A stretch of DNA of 64,000 bases, taken from sequence record SRR20825019_2783; one strand, given 5' to 3'. Shown here one piece after another: positions 18,007 to 29,772 of the stretch. How positions within the stretch are numbered: the stretch's first letter is position 1; every line of letters begins with the position of its first letter. The notes below the pieces were generated by a model. That model saw nothing but the letters and a program-made list of their open reading frames with translations. It was not told the DNA's origin and did not search any database. Both the position numbers and the translations under genes were made by a program.

Positions 18007-19716
18007 ATGGATTCAATCAACAGTTTATTCCTCCTCAGCGGCTTACTGATTGCACTCAGTATCCTGGCAAGCCGTCTCTCTTCATTGTTTGGATTACCTT
18101 TACTGATTATCTTTCTGGCGCTGGGCATGCTGGCCGGCGAAGATGGTCTGCTGGGTATCCGTTTCGATGATTATTCCCAGGCATTTATAATCGGCCACCT
18201 GGCGCTTGCCATGATCCTGCTTGATGGCGGTTTGCGCACCCGCCTGAAAACCTTCAGGGTGGGATTCAAGCCGGCACTGACCATGGCAACACTGGGCGTG
18301 TTTGTCACCGGTGGCGTTGTCGGTTTGATTGCGACTTGGGTGTTTGAGCTGTCGCTGCTGGAGGGTTTGCTGATTGGTGCCATCGTTGGTTCCACTGACG
18401 CGGCGGCCGTCTTCTCGATGCTGCGCGGCCAGGGCATCAATATCAACGAACGGGTTGCGGCGACACTGGAAATTGAATCCGGCACTAATGATCCGATGGC
18501 GATTTTCTTAACCCTGCTGCTGATTGAAATGCTGGTGGGTGATTTCCAAACGCCGCTTGATTCAGTGATTTTTTTCCTGCAACAGTTCGGACTGGGGATT
18601 GCCGTCGGGCTGGCCGGCGGCTGGCTGACCAGCCGGATGCTGAAACGGGTTGAACTGGCACCGGCTTTGTATTCCCTGCTGGCACTGGCGATGGGCTTTT
18701 CCACCTTCGGTCTTGCCAGTATTATCGGCGGCAGCGGCTTTTTGGCCATTTATCTTTGCGGTCTGTTGATTGGCAATCAGCCCGGTCGTCATCTGCAACA
18801 TATCCTGCCGGTCCATGATGGTCTCGCGTGGCTGAGTCAGATTGGCCTTTTCCTGGTCCTGGGCCTGCTGGTGACGCCCTCAGAGATGATTCAGTTTGCC
18901 TTGCCGTCACTGTTGATTGCTTTAGCACTCATATTTATCGCGAGACCGCTGGCGGTATTGCTGACTGTTATGCCGTTTTTTAAATTCCGCAAGCGTGAAC
19001 TGGGCTTTATCTCCTGGGTGGGGCTCAGAGGTGCCGTGCCGATTGTATTGGCCATATTCCCCGTCATTGGCGGTGTCGATAATGCCGGCCTGTATTTCAA
19101 TGTGGCCTTTGCGGTGGTGTTGCTGTCGCTGTTAATACAGGGGGGGACTTTATCGCCGATGGCGCGGTTGATGCAGATTCAGGTACCAAAAGGAATGGCC
19201 CCCAAACAACGCGGCGCGCTAGGTATTCTGCCTGAGCAGGATTATGAAATCTTTGTCTACACTGTAGAAAACCCCAACCTGGATGATCAGCCGATTCAAC
19301 TGCTGCAATTTCCCTCCGGCGCCTTAATTTCCGGCCTGTTCCGCGGCAGGGTGATGCTGCATCCCAAAGGCAATACCCGACTGAAGATCGGCGATGTGCT
19401 CTGTGTGATCAGCCGTGAAGAAGACTTGGAGCAACTCAATCAAATTTTTAACGGCGAAACCAAGCTGGCAAGAGCACAGCAGGCGTTTTTCGGTGCCTTT
19501 GTGCTCAATGGTGATGCGCCATTAATTGAAGTGGCCAAGGCCTATGGCCTCACTGTGAGCGGTCGTCAGCAACATCTGACCCTGGGGGAATTTATTGCCC
19601 GTCGGGTTGGCGGCCATCCGGTGGTGGGCGATGATGTCGACTGGCACGGTATTCACTGGGTAGTGAAGGAAGTCGAGGGAGACGACATCAAAAAAGTCGG
19701 CATGCGACTTTATTAA
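18007..19716 (+). CDS. cvrA: K+/H+ antiporter NhaP2/CvrA
   Basis: ILLDGGLRT, STDAAAVFS, LEIESGTNDP, WVGLRGAVPI; C-terminal TrkA-C and CorC-like domains. Confidence 0.9.
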   Translation: MDSINSLFLLSGLLIALSILASRLSSLFGLPLLIIFLALGMLAGEDGLLGIRFDDYSQAFIIGHLALAMILLDGGLRTRLKTFRVGFKPALTMATLGVFVTGGVVGLIATWVFELSLLEGLLIGAIVGSTDAAAVFSMLRGQGININERVAATLEIESGTNDPMAIFLTLLLIEMLVGDFQTPLDSVIFFLQQFGLGIAVGLAGGWLTSRMLKRVELAPALYSLLALAMGFSTFGLASIIGGSGFLAIYLCGLLIGNQPGRHLQHILPVHDGLAWLSQIGLFLVLGLLVTPSEMIQFALPSLLIALALIFIARPLAVLLTVMPFFKFRKRELGFISWVGLRGAVPIVLAIFPVIGGVDNAGLYFNVAFAVVLLSLLIQGGTLSPMARLMQIQVPKGMAPKQRGALGILPEQDYEIFVYTVENPNLDDQPIQLLQFPSGALISGLFRGRVMLHPKGNTRLKIGDVLCVISREEDLEQLNQIFNGETKLARAQQAFFGAFVLNGDAPLIEVAKAYGLTVSGRQQHLTLGEFIARRVGGHPVVGDDVDWHGIHWVVKEVEGDDIKKVGMRLY

Positions 19717-20016
19717 TCACGGGGACTTTCCCGGTCGTCATTTTTTACCGCTGGTTTCATGCTGATTGCTATCTAATAAAAATTGTGGCAGATTTGCGTT
19801 TGTCGCGAGTTTTGCGGCATCCACGCGGTTTATGCTCATAGTCGGTCACGCCGATTTATTTCTCGCATCCACCTGTGGACAAGGGGTACAGCCAAACAGA
19901 AATTCAACTCAGTTTTTGGGGAAACTGGGTCAGATTTTATTTTGGCATCTGGTCTTCATCTTCCCGGTCATTATGGCCGCAATAGATGAATTAGATTTAT
20001 CCCTTGGGAGAACAGG

Positions 20017-22122
20017 ATGCACTTATCCATTCAACAACGTTTCAGTCTCTGGGCAGGTTTAAGTCTGCTCAGTGTCGTACTGGTCACCGCGCTTATCGGT
20101 GTTTGGCAATTCGGCAATATCAAGCAGTCTCTATCCAGCCACAGCTATGATTTGACCCGCGATCAGGTAGAGGATTATCTGGCGGTCATTGCACACGATA
20201 CGTCAGCACAATTATCGATTCCGCTTGAACGTGCTCTGCAGACGGCTCAAGCGACAGCCTCCGCGATGTCTGCCGTCATTCAGATGCCAAATGACTCGGA
20301 TAAACGCAAGCTGGCGCTGAGTGTTCTCCAGCAAACGCTGACAGATAACGCCGATTTTCTGGGCACCTATGTCGCATTCGAACCGAATGCCTTCGATGGC
20401 AGTGACTATCTTGCCATGCAGTCAAGAGGCAGCGACGCCACAGGACGTTTTTTGCCCTACGTGGTAAGAACCGAGAGTGGCTTTGTTGTAGAGCCACTGG
20501 CGGGCCTCGAAGACAGTACGATGGATGAAAACGGCATTCGGGCAGGAGAGTATTATCTATGCTCCAAAGATACCCTGAAAAGTTGTGTCATTGATCCTTA
20601 CCTGTATCCCATTGATGGCGAAGAGGTCCTTCTCAGCAGTCTGGTGGCACCGGTAATCCGTCATGGTCAGTTAGCGGGTATCAGTGGTGTCGATATCACT
20701 GCCAGTTTTCTGCAATCAAAAATCAAAGCGGTGGCAGAGGGGTTATACAACGGACAGGGCAAAACTGTGTTGGCCAGTCCCAGAGGGGTCATTGCCGGAC
20801 ACAGCCATCAGCCTGATCTGATCGGGCAGAATCTGTCTGCATTGAATGCCGAACTGCAGGAAAATATTAAAAAGACATCCATCAGTGGTGAAAGCCGGAT
20901 TATTTATGCTAACGGCCAGTTCATCGCCCTTGAACCTTTCCTTCTTCCCGGCAGCGAGCGCCATTGGGTCACTTATATCGAAGTTCCTGAACAGGTGGTG
21001 CTGGCCACCGTGGCTGAACAGGAGCAGTTTCTGAGTACGGCCCAGAAACACTTTATTACTACGACCACAGTACTGGGACTGCTGCTGGCGCTCATCGGTG
21101 TCGCCACGGTCTGGTTTGTTGCCAGAAACAGCACTCGCCCCTTGTCGGCGATGACAGAGCTGGTCGCTTCAATTGCAGAGGGTGAAGGCGATTTAACACG
21201 TCAACTCACGGTGTCGAGTCGTGACGAAACCGGCAAATTATCCGGTCTGCTCAACACCTTCATCGACAAACTACGCTCGCTGGTTCAACAGTTGCTTCCT
21301 GTCGGCAGTCATGTCAGCTCCCTGTCTGCAGAAGGACGAAGAATCAGTGAAGAGACCAGCGCCCAGATGCTGGAGCAGCAGCAATTGATTGAAGAAATGG
21401 TGTCCGCTGTCACTGAAATGGCGGCCTCTGCCCAGCAGATTGCCGGTAACGCCGAGAGAACGTCACAATTTGTTCAACAGGCGAATGACTCTGCCGATTC
21501 CGGTACCCACCTGGTTAAGCAGACTGCCATGTCAATTAATCATGTGAGCGATTCTGTCAGGCAATCCGAATCGGCCATGCTGGAACTGGAAAAAAACAGC
21601 GATGGCATTGCCGAAATATTGACTGTCATCCAGGGCATCGCTGAGCAGACCAATCTGCTTGCTCTGAATGCGGCGATCGAAGCCGCGCGGGCCGGAGACA
21701 AAGGCCGTGGCTTTGCGGTTGTCGCTGATGAAGTCAGGGCGCTGGCCAGTCGAACCCAGGATGCCACCATCGATATTCATGACAAGCTCAAAACCCTGCA
21801 TCAGGGGAACCAGGAGGTGACAGAATCTATGCGAGCAAGCGGTCAACAGGTCGCTGAGACAGTGAAACTCGCCGAGGCCGCAGAAAAGGCATTGTTTGAA
21901 ATCAGCCAGGCGATTGAAGAGGTCACCGAGATGTCCCTGCAGACGGCTTCAGCGACCGAGCAGCAAAGCGCTGTTTGTGAAGAAGTGAGTAATAACCTGT
22001 CACAGGTTTCGCACCTGGTGCAGAAAACCACGGAAGGTGCTCAGCAGTTGAGTCGTGTCGGCAATGATCTGGATGAAGCGGCTAACGGACTGCAAAACAG
22101 GCTATCGCTCTTCAAAGTCTGA
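20017..22122 (+). CDS. Methyl-accepting chemotaxis protein with dCache sensor
   Basis: Two TMs, dCache motifs ([13 protein letters not shown]), [24 protein letters not shown]. Confidence 0.93.
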   Translation: MHLSIQQRFSLWAGLSLLSVVLVTALIGVWQFGNIKQSLSSHSYDLTRDQVEDYLAVIAHDTSAQLSIPLERALQTAQATASAMSAVIQMPNDSDKRKLALSVLQQTLTDNADFLGTYVAFEPNAFDGSDYLAMQSRGSDATGRFLPYVVRTESGFVVEPLAGLEDSTMDENGIRAGEYYLCSKDTLKSCVIDPYLYPIDGEEVLLSSLVAPVIRHGQLAGISGVDITASFLQSKIKAVAEGLYNGQGKTVLASPRGVIAGHSHQPDLIGQNLSALNAELQENIKKTSISGESRIIYANGQFIALEPFLLPGSERHWVTYIEVPEQVVLATVAEQEQFLSTAQKHFITTTTVLGLLLALIGVATVWFVARNSTRPLSAMTELVASIAEGEGDLTRQLTVSSRDETGKLSGLLNTFIDKLRSLVQQLLPVGSHVSSLSAEGRRISEETSAQMLEQQQLIEEMVSAVTEMAASAQQIAGNAERTSQFVQQANDSADSGTHLVKQTAMSINHVSDSVRQSESAMLELEKNSDGIAEILTVIQGIAEQTNLLALNAAIEAARAGDKGRGFAVVADEVRALASRTQDATIDIHDKLKTLHQGNQEVTESMRASGQQVAETVKLAEAAEKALFEISQAIEEVTEMSLQTASATEQQSAVCEEVSNNLSQVSHLVQKTTEGAQQLSRVGNDLDEAANGLQNRLSLFKV

Positions 22123-22134
22123 GGCCTTGAAAAG

Positions 22135-22164
22135 AACAGGGTGCGTCACTAATGCACCCTGTTT
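22135..22164 (+). terminator. Intrinsic terminator after MCP gene
   Basis: AACAGGGTGC...GCACCCTGTT 10-bp stem then T-rich tail. Confidence 0.7.
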
Positions 22165-22268
22165 GCTTCTATGTAAAAACCGCTTATTGAAGGCGGTAGA
22201 TTCCGGTTTATCTGCTATAATTTAGCGTTTTTCCATAGTGTAACTGTCTGACAGGAAAACCGTTTTAA

Positions 22269-25200
22269 ATGAGCGCTTACCACCAACTTCGCACCTTGCT
22301 TGATGAAAAAATCCTGATCCTGGATGGCGGGATGGGCACGCTGATTCAAAGCTACCAGCTGGAGGAAAAGGATTTCCGTGGTGAGCGTTTCGAAAATCAC
22401 CCCTGTGATGTCAAAGGCAATAACGACCTGTTATCGTTGACACAGCCGGGTATTATCCGTGATATCCATCGCGCCTATTTCGAAGCCGGTGCCGATATCG
22501 TTGAGACCAATACCTTCAATGGTACCTCGATCGCGATGGCTGATTACCAGATGGAAGATCTGGTGTATGAACTCAATAAGGTGTCGGCTGAGCTCGCCAG
22601 AGAAGTCGCTGATGAGTTCACGGCAGCGAATCCGGACAAACCGCGTTTTGTCACCGGGGTACTGGGCCCGACCAACCGGACCGCCAGTATTTCACCGGAT
22701 GTGAACAATCCCGGTTACCGCAATGTGGATTTTGATGAACTGGTTGTGGCTTATACCGAGGCGATTCGTGGCCTGGTGGATGGCGGCGTCGACCTGCTGC
22801 TGGTGGAAACAGTATTCGATACCCTCAATGCCAAGGCGGCCTTGTTCGCCATTGATCAGTTCTGTGTCGACCACGATATCCATCTGCCCGTGATGATTTC
22901 CGGCACTATCACCGATGCCAGCGGACGCACCTTGTCCGGTCAGACTGCAGAAGCGTTCTGGAACTCCCTGTCACACATCCAGCCTTTGAGTATCGGGCTT
23001 AACTGTGCTTTAGGTGCAGAGCAACTGCGGCAATATGTGGAAGAATTGTCCAATGTCGTCACCACCTATGTCAGTGCCCATCCCAATGCCGGACTGCCCA
23101 ATGAGTTTGGTGAATACGATGAGTCACCCGAAACCATGGCTGCGCACATTAAAGAATGGGCCGAGTCCGGGTTTTTGAATATTGTCGGCGGCTGCTGCGG
23201 TACGGCACCGGCCCATATCAAGGCGATTGCCGAAGCGGTAGAAGGCATCAAGCCACGCAAGCCGAAAGATAATCTGCATCACTGCCGCCTGAGTGGTCTG
23301 GAACCCCTCAATATCACCGAAGACAGCCTGTTTGTGAATGTGGGTGAACGCACCAATGTCACCGGTTCTGCCCGTTTTGCCCGTCTGATCAAGGAAGGGG
23401 ATTACGACACGGCGCTGGAAGTGGCCCGACAACAGGTGGAAAACGGTGCCCAGATCATTGATATCAACATGGATGAGGGCATGCTCGACTCGAAAGAGGC
23501 GATGGTGACTTTCCTCAACCTGGTGGCTTCCGAGCCGGATATCAGCCGTGTACCGGTGATGATTGATTCATCCAAGTGGGAAGTCATTGAAGCCGGCCTG
23601 AAATGTATTCAGGGCAAAGGTATCGTCAACTCGATCAGTCTCAAGGAAGGTGAAGACAAGTTTATCGAGCAGGCACGACTGGTGCGTCGTTATGGCGCCG
23701 CCGTTATCGTAATGGCGTTTGATGAGGACGGCCAGGCTGACACCCGTGAGCGCAAACGCGAGATCTGTACCCGCAGCTATGAAGTGCTGACGGAGAAAGT
23801 CCACTTCCCACCGGGAGATATTATTTTCGACCCCAATATTTTCGCAGTCGCGACCGGCATCGAAGAGCATAACAACTATGCGATGGACTTTATCGAGGCA
23901 ACCCGCGATATCAAGCAGAGCCTGCCACATGCAATGATCAGCGGTGGTGTTTCCAATGTCTCATTCTCATTCCGTGGCAATAACCCGGTACGGGAAGCGA
24001 TTCATGCAGCATTCCTTTATCACGCGATCAAGGCCGGCATGGATATGGGCATCGTTAATGCCGGTCAGCTGGCGATTTATGACGATTTGCCGGAAGAATT
24101 GCGTGAACACGTCGAGGATGTGATTCAGAATCGCCGTGATGATGCGACTGATCGACTGCTGGAGATCGCTGAAAAATACAAAGGCGACGGAAGCACGGCC
24201 GCCAAACAGGAAGATCTGAGCTGGCGCGAACTGCCGGTGGCCAGGCGGCTGGAGCATGCGCTGGTTAAAGGCATTGCCGATTATGTCGAAGAGGATACTG
24301 AAGAAGCACGTCAGGCCTTTGCCAAACCACTGGAAGTAATTGAAGGGCCGTTAATGGACGGCATGAATGTGGTTGGTGATCTGTTCGGTGAAGGCAAGAT
24401 GTTTCTGCCGCAGGTGGTGAAGTCGGCCCGTGTGATGAAAAAAGCCGTGGCTTATCTGATGCCATTTATTGAAGCTGCCAAGGAAGAGGGTGATACCAGC
24501 AAAAATAACGGCAAAATCCTGATGGCCACGGTTAAAGGCGATGTGCATGATATCGGTAAAAATATCGTCGGTGTGGTGCTGCAATGTAATAACTTTGAAG
24601 TCATTGACCTTGGGGTGATGGTGCCAGCCCAGACGATTCTGGATACCGCACGCAAGGAAAATGTCGACATTATCGGCCTGTCCGGTCTGATTACCCCGTC
24701 TTTGGATGAAATGGTCCATGTCGCCAAGGAAATGGAGCGGCTGGGTTTTGAGTTACCGCTGATGATTGGCGGTGCAACCACCTCCCTGATTCACACCGCG
24801 GTTAAAATCGAGCCTAACTATCACGGCTGCAGCATTTATGTGAAAGATGCGTCGCGCGCCGTGGGTGTGGCACAAAAACTGGTCAGTAAAGATGCCCGTG
24901 AGGGTTTTATTGCCGAACTGAAAAAAGACTACGAAGATAAACGAGCGCGTCATACCGGTCGCAAGAGCACGCGCCGTCAACTTCCGATTGCCGAGGCACG
25001 CGCCAATAAAACCAAAATTGACTGGCAGGCTTATCAACCTACCAAACCCGCCAAGCTGGGTCTGGAAGTGTTCTCTGATTATCCCTTGGATGAACTGGTC
25101 GAGCGTATCGACTGGACACCGTTTTTCCAGTCCTGGGAGCTGGCGGGTAAATACCCGCGTATTCTCAAGGATGAAGTCGTCGGTGAACATGCGACCCATC

Positions 25201-25967
25201 TGTTCAACGACGCCCAGAAAATGCTGAAACAGATCGTGGATGAAAAATGGCTGACCGCCAAGGCCGTGATCGGGCTGTTTCCGGCCAACAGCGTCAATGA
25301 TGACGATATTGAAGTCTATACTGATGATGATCGTAGCGAGGTACTGATGACCCTCCACAGCCTGCGTCAGCAGACCGAGCGGCCGCCGGGCCGGCCCAAT
25401 GCGGCGTTGGCCGATTTTGTTGCGCCCAAGGACAGCGGGGTGAAGGATTATATCGGTGCTTTTGCCGTGACTTCCGGCATTGGCATTGACGAGCATGTCG
25501 AGCGTTTTGAAGCCGATCACGATGATTATCACAGCATCATGGTTAAAGCCCTGGCTGATCGCCTGGCAGAAGCCTTTGCCGAGCGTATGCATGAACGCGT
25601 GCGCAAGGAATTCTGGGGTTACGCCAAAGAGGAAACACTGGATAATGATGCGCTGATTGATGAAAAATACCAGGGTATCCGTCCGGCACCGGGCTATCCG
25701 GCCTGTCCTGATCACACTGAAAAAGGCTTGTTGTGGGAGCTGATTGATCCCGAAACGCATGCCGACATGACCATTACCGAGTCGTTTGCGATGTTGCCGA
25801 CCGCCGCGGTCAGTGGCTTTTATTTTGCGCATCCTGATTCACGTTATTTCGGTCTCGGTAAAATCGACCAGGATCAGGTTGAAGACTATGCTGAACGCAA
25901 AGGCTGGGATATGGCGACGGCGGAGCGCTGGCTAGGCCCGGCCCTGTCCTATGACGGAGATATCTGA
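22269..25967 (+). CDS. metH: Cobalamin-dependent methionine synthase
   Basis: [29 protein letters not shown]12 motif, [12 protein letters not shown]; 1232 aa. Confidence 0.98.
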   Translation: MSAYHQLRTLLDEKILILDGGMGTLIQSYQLEEKDFRGERFENHPCDVKGNNDLLSLTQPGIIRDIHRAYFEAGADIVETNTFNGTSIAMADYQMEDLVYELNKVSAELAREVADEFTAANPDKPRFVTGVLGPTNRTASISPDVNNPGYRNVDFDELVVAYTEAIRGLVDGGVDLLLVETVFDTLNAKAALFAIDQFCVDHDIHLPVMISGTITDASGRTLSGQTAEAFWNSLSHIQPLSIGLNCALGAEQLRQYVEELSNVVTTYVSAHPNAGLPNEFGEYDESPETMAAHIKEWAESGFLNIVGGCCGTAPAHIKAIAEAVEGIKPRKPKDNLHHCRLSGLEPLNITEDSLFVNVGERTNVTGSARFARLIKEGDYDTALEVARQQVENGAQIIDINMDEGMLDSKEAMVTFLNLVASEPDISRVPVMIDSSKWEVIEAGLKCIQGKGIVNSISLKEGEDKFIEQARLVRRYGAAVIVMAFDEDGQADTRERKREICTRSYEVLTEKVHFPPGDIIFDPNIFAVATGIEEHNNYAMDFIEATRDIKQSLPHAMISGGVSNVSFSFRGNNPVREAIHAAFLYHAIKAGMDMGIVNAGQLAIYDDLPEELREHVEDVIQNRRDDATDRLLEIAEKYKGDGSTAAKQEDLSWRELPVARRLEHALVKGIADYVEEDTEEARQAFAKPLEVIEGPLMDGMNVVGDLFGEGKMFLPQVVKSARVMKKAVAYLMPFIEAAKEEGDTSKNNGKILMATVKGDVHDIGKNIVGVVLQCNNFEVIDLGVMVPAQTILDTARKENVDIIGLSGLITPSLDEMVHVAKEMERLGFELPLMIGGATTSLIHTAVKIEPNYHGCSIYVKDASRAVGVAQKLVSKDAREGFIAELKKDYEDKRARHTGRKSTRRQLPIAEARANKTKIDWQAYQPTKPAKLGLEVFSDYPLDELVERIDWTPFFQSWELAGKYPRILKDEVVGEHATHLFNDAQKMLKQIVDEKWLTAKAVIGLFPANSVNDDDIEVYTDDDRSEVLMTLHSLRQQTERPPGRPNAALADFVAPKDSGVKDYIGAFAVTSGIGIDEHVERFEADHDDYHSIMVKALADRLAEAFAERMHERVRKEFWGYAKEETLDNDALIDEKYQGIRPAPGYPACPDHTEKGLLWELIDPETHADMTITESFAMLPTAAVSGFYFAHPDSRYFGLGKIDQDQVEDYAERKGWDMATAERWLGPALSYDGDI

Positions 25968-26170
25968 TGAACGATGATATCGTGGATTTACAGACCCGGC
26001 AGGCCTTTCAGGATGGTCTGCTGGAACAACTGAACGAGGTGGTCACCAGCCAGCAGAAGCAGATTGACCGGCTGGAAACCGCGATTGCGGGGCTCAAGTC
26101 ACAAATCGAGAGCATGCATCAAACCCAAATGGTGCAGCAGAATGACGACCCCCCACCGCCGCATTACTGA
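25967..26170 (+). CDS. slyX: SlyX family protein
   Basis: LQTRQAFQD...LNEVV coiled coil and terminal PPPHY; TGATG overlap with metH. Confidence 0.9.
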   Translation: MNDDIVDLQTRQAFQDGLLEQLNEVVTSQQKQIDRLETAIAGLKSQIESMHQTQMVQQNDDPPPPHY

Positions 26171-26178
26171 TTAAAAGC

Positions 26179-28215
26179 ATGGCACTGCCTCAACGCCATT
26201 GTCTTATCCTGCAGGGGGGCAGCGACTGGCTCGAACAGCAGGCAGAAGCCGTTTTTGCAAAAGCCCCGACGGATAAGCGCTGCTGGTTGTCTGATGATCC
26301 GCAGCGTCCCGTCAGCGCTATCAGCAGCAAGCAGGCGCTGCAGCAGCTGGGTCGCAGTAATCAGGTTATTATTTTTGATGCCCGCCATCAGTTCTCTGCC
26401 GATGCTTTCGGTGCGCTTATCGGCACGCTCAGTGCCGGGGGCTGGCTACTGTTACTACTTCCTGATGAATTACCGGAATCGCTCTGGTTGCAGCGCTTTC
26501 TGGCGGTCAGTGAACACTATCGGGGCATAGAACGAATCCATCAGGGCGAGCCGCTACCGGACATTGATATCGCTGAACCGCGGCCTCCTGTTGCTATCAC
26601 GCCAACGCCAGAGCAGGCAACGGCCATCGAAGCGGTGATGCATGTGGTCAGCGGCCATCGTCGACGGCCTCTGCTGATTGTTTCTGATCGTGGCCGCGGC
26701 AAAACCGCGTTACTGGGTATGGCGGCAGCGGAACTGATGAAGCAGGGTAAAAGCCGGATTCTGGTCACCGCACCGTCAGTGGCGAATATTGAGCCCCTGC
26801 TGGAACATACCTCTCAGATTTTTCCCAATGCCAGCCGCAGCCGGACCGGCCTGCAGTCCCAATATGGCGAGATTCAGTTTATCGCTCCGGATGCATTGAT
26901 TGCGGATAAGCCCGCAGCAGATTTGCTGATAGTCGATGAAGCGGCTGCGATTCCGGTGGCGATGCTGGAAGTGATGCTTCAGCATTATTCCCGGCTGGTG
27001 TTTGCCACCACTGAACATGGCTATGAAGGCACTGGTCGTGGCTTTGCCGTGCGCTTCAAACAAACACTGGACCGGCTGACGCCGAACTGGCGCACACTGA
27101 CTTTAAGCCAGCCGGTGCGCTGGGCGATGGATGATAAGCTGGAAGCCTTCAGTTTTGAGGCGCTGCTGCTGGATGCGGAACCGGTGGCTGAAAAAAAACT
27201 CGCACAGCTATCTTTGGGTGAGACCGAGTTTGCCGTGCTTGATAAACGGCAACTCGCTGCAAACGAAGCCTTGTTACGCGAAGTTTATGGTCTGATGGTG
27301 CTGGCACACTACCGGACCCGACCCTCTGATCTGCAAATGCTGCTGGATCAGGAAGATATTTCGGTGCTGGTGCTGCAAGCCAGAGGACATATTATCGCCA
27401 GCGCGTGGCTGGTGACAGAAGCACCGCTGGATCAGGCATTGGCAGAGCAGGTGTTTGATGGTCAGCGCCGGCTTAAAGGGCAGTTACTTCCACAAACCTT
27501 ACTGGCACACAGCGGGGTGATGGCGGCAGCGGGGTGTCATTATCAGCGAATAATACGCATTGCTGTGCATCCGGCTTTGCAGGGACGCGGACTGGGAAGC
27601 CGACTGCTGCAACATATTCAGACACAGTATGCCGGTCATTGTGATGTGCTGGGCACAAGTTTCGCACTGGCGCCAGAGTTACTCAATTTCTGGCTTCACA
27701 ATGGCTATGAGCCGGTCAGAGTGGGCCAGCAGGCGGATGAAGTCAGTGGTCAGCGGGCCGGTATTTTATTACAGTCTTTATCTGAAACCGGTGACACCGT
27801 TGTTTCACAAGCCCGGCTCAGTCTGCAGCGCTCATGGCCGTTTCAGCTGTTGCAGGCACAGCGTGAACTGGATACCAGCCTGGTATTGGCACTATCACAA
27901 AGTCTGCCTGCTGAAGTGACTCAGATTGATTCAGACCAGCAGCGTGCGCTCACCGGTTTTGCCTTCAGTCAGCGCCCCTACGAGTCCTGCGAACCCTTAC
28001 TGTGGCAATGGCTTCATCATAAATTGACAAGCGGTGAACTGGCGACACTGCCAGCCGATGCTCAGGCTTTGTTAATTAAGAAGATCCTTCAGGGGCAGTC
28101 TTTCAGCGAAGTCGCCGGCGCATTGGCACTGCCGGGACGCAAAGCGATCATTGAGCAATGCCGGCAGGCGGTGGCGACGCTATTGAAGCAGACTGAGAAT
28201 AAGCCCTCCCGTTAA
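26179..28215 (+). CDS. tmcA: tRNA(Met) cytidine acetyltransferase
   Basis: DRGRGKT, VDEAAAIP, GYEGTGRGF, AHYRTRPSDL, RIAVHP GNAT. Confidence 0.92.
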   Translation: MALPQRHCLILQGGSDWLEQQAEAVFAKAPTDKRCWLSDDPQRPVSAISSKQALQQLGRSNQVIIFDARHQFSADAFGALIGTLSAGGWLLLLLPDELPESLWLQRFLAVSEHYRGIERIHQGEPLPDIDIAEPRPPVAITPTPEQATAIEAVMHVVSGHRRRPLLIVSDRGRGKTALLGMAAAELMKQGKSRILVTAPSVANIEPLLEHTSQIFPNASRSRTGLQSQYGEIQFIAPDALIADKPAADLLIVDEAAAIPVAMLEVMLQHYSRLVFATTEHGYEGTGRGFAVRFKQTLDRLTPNWRTLTLSQPVRWAMDDKLEAFSFEALLLDAEPVAEKKLAQLSLGETEFAVLDKRQLAANEALLREVYGLMVLAHYRTRPSDLQMLLDQEDISVLVLQARGHIIASAWLVTEAPLDQALAEQVFDGQRRLKGQLLPQTLLAHSGVMAAAGCHYQRIIRIAVHPALQGRGLGSRLLQHIQTQYAGHCDVLGTSFALAPELLNFWLHNGYEPVRVGQQADEVSGQRAGILLQSLSETGDTVVSQARLSLQRSWPFQLLQAQRELDTSLVLALSQSLPAEVTQIDSDQQRALTGFAFSQRPYESCEPLLWQWLHHKLTSGELATLPADAQALLIKKILQGQSFSEVAGALALPGRKAIIEQCRQAVATLLKQTENKPSR

Positions 28216-29391
28216 CCAGATAAGCGCCAGCACACAAAGACTGTTCATAATCGGCTGACCACCGCCATGGTGATGGTGGTGGCCATGATGCTGATGGTCC
28301 TGCTGCTGTCGTTTCCAGCCGACGACCATCCACAGCGAAGCCAGGCCGAACAATAGATTGAGCCAGAACTGGTAGTTAAGCTGGAAATGATCCCGCTCGG
28401 CAGGGGAGGTCCATTGACTGCGGTCCGGCAGCCAGTCAAACAGTTGCAGTCCATAATGCAGCAAGAGCGACGTTGCAATCAGGCAGGTAAATAGCAGCAA
28501 CAGGATATACAGCGCCATTTTCCAGCCGTAGTACTGTGCATTGATCCGTAATACCGGTAACACCACAAGATCAGAGAAAATAAAGGCCATCACCCCGGCA
28601 AAGGCGACGCCTTCCCCAAACAAGACGGCAGCGAGGGGAATATTGCCCATTGAGCCAATAAAAGTAAAAAACGCGGCAATGGGCCCGACCAGTGTTTGCT
28701 GCAATAAAGCCCAGAATCCCGGATCGTTGTTGCCGGCGCCGATAAACATCCATTCAAAAAATGCCGTGGGTACAAAGGCGGAAATCACCCCGGCAATAGT
28801 GAAACCTATCAGTACATCCTTCCAGACCATCTGCCATTCCATCACATATTTCTGGCTGATCGCTGACCAGATCTCCTTGTCAAAAATACGTGACCAGGCA
28901 TGGCCATCCTCATCATCGCTATCACCCTCATCCTGGTTGCGATCACGGGCCTTTTGAATCAGCTTTTTCGGGTTGCTTAACAGGATAAACAGCCAGGCAA
29001 ACAAAATCAGAATAATGCCGCCGACATACTCACCCACCACAAACTGCCAGCCCAGAAACAGGGCGATCACAAAGCCCAGCTCGATAACGAGGTTGGTGGA
29101 AGAGAGCAGGAAGGCGATGGAGGGAGAAAAATTGGCCCCTTTCTGGAACAGGGCGCGAGTCGTTGCCAGCGCGGCAAAACTACAAGAGCTGGATATAAAG
29201 CCGAAGACAGTGCCCACGGTCATTGATTTAGGTCCGTCATCCCCCATTAATTTCCGCATTTCATGGCGGGATACCATGACCTGGATAATGCTGCTGATGA
29301 GATAACCCAGCACAAAGGCCCACAGGGCCATCCAGAAAAAGCCCAGACTGGTAATAGCGGCTTCTGACCATTTATCGAGCAAATCAGGCAC
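28180..29391 (-). CDS. Permease (ArsP_1/DUF318-like) with His-rich C-terminal loop
   Basis: SSCSFAA, FIGSMGNIPLA, FIFSDL motifs; QQQDHQHHGHHHHHGG; GTG start after AGGAG. Confidence 0.8.
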   Translation of the reverse strand: MPDLLDKWSEAAITSLGFFWMALWAFVLGYLISSIIQVMVSRHEMRKLMGDDGPKSMTVGTVFGFISSSCSFAALATTRALFQKGANFSPSIAFLLSSTNLVIELGFVIALFLGWQFVVGEYVGGIILILFAWLFILLSNPKKLIQKARDRNQDEGDSDDEDGHAWSRIFDKEIWSAISQKYVMEWQMVWKDVLIGFTIAGVISAFVPTAFFEWMFIGAGNNDPGFWALLQQTLVGPIAAFFTFIGSMGNIPLAAVLFGEGVAFAGVMAFIFSDLVVLPVLRINAQYYGWKMALYILLLLFTCLIATSLLLHYGLQLFDWLPDRSQWTSPAERDHFQLNYQFWLNLLFGLASLWMVVGWKRQQQDHQHHGHHHHHGGGQPIMNSLCVLALIWLTGGLILSLLQ

Positions 29392-29427
29392 AAAAAACTC
29401 CTTTTGCTGGATGAGGTATAAAGCCTA

Positions 29428-29772
29428 TCAGCTGTTGGAAACGAGGTAAATTTCCTGCTGTTCGGTAATTTCCAGGTTAAGCGGTGTCAGACTCTCCCCG
29501 CGACAGGGGCCGGAAAAGCAGTAACCATCTTCCAACTGAAACAGGGCGCCATGGGTGCTGCATTGAATATGCGTGCCTTCCATTGACAGAAACTCATCCG
29601 GCTGCCAGTTAAGCGGAATGCCGAGATGCGGACAGAAATTCAGATAAGCGCGAACCTCACCATCCTGCTTCAGCAGGAAAAAGTCGAGCGAATCTTCGCC
29701 CAGTTCAATAGTGAAGCCGCGGGTCTGATATTCCTCGAGTTCATCACTCTGGCAAACAAAAATCTTTTTCAT
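29428..29772 (-). CDS. Rieske [2Fe-2S] ferredoxin
   Basis: CPH...CSTHGALF and GPC motifs. Confidence 0.9.
   Translation of the reverse strand: MKKIFVCQSDELEEYQTRGFTIELGEDSLDFFLLKQDGEVRAYLNFCPHLGIPLNWQPDEFLSMEGTHIQCSTHGALFQLEDGYCFSGPCRGESLTPLNLEITEQQEIYLVSNS

Noticed and set aside
22165-22268. Cobalamin or SAM/SAH riboswitch before metH
   Set aside because: Only ~100 nt remain after the upstream terminator and no consensus motifs are visible
24753-25832. 359-aa antisense ORF inside metH (and similar long antisense ORFs at 29952-30899, 38659-39333, 52870-53646 and 57581-58330)
   Set aside because: Shadow frames of codon-biased conserved genes with no recognisable motifs
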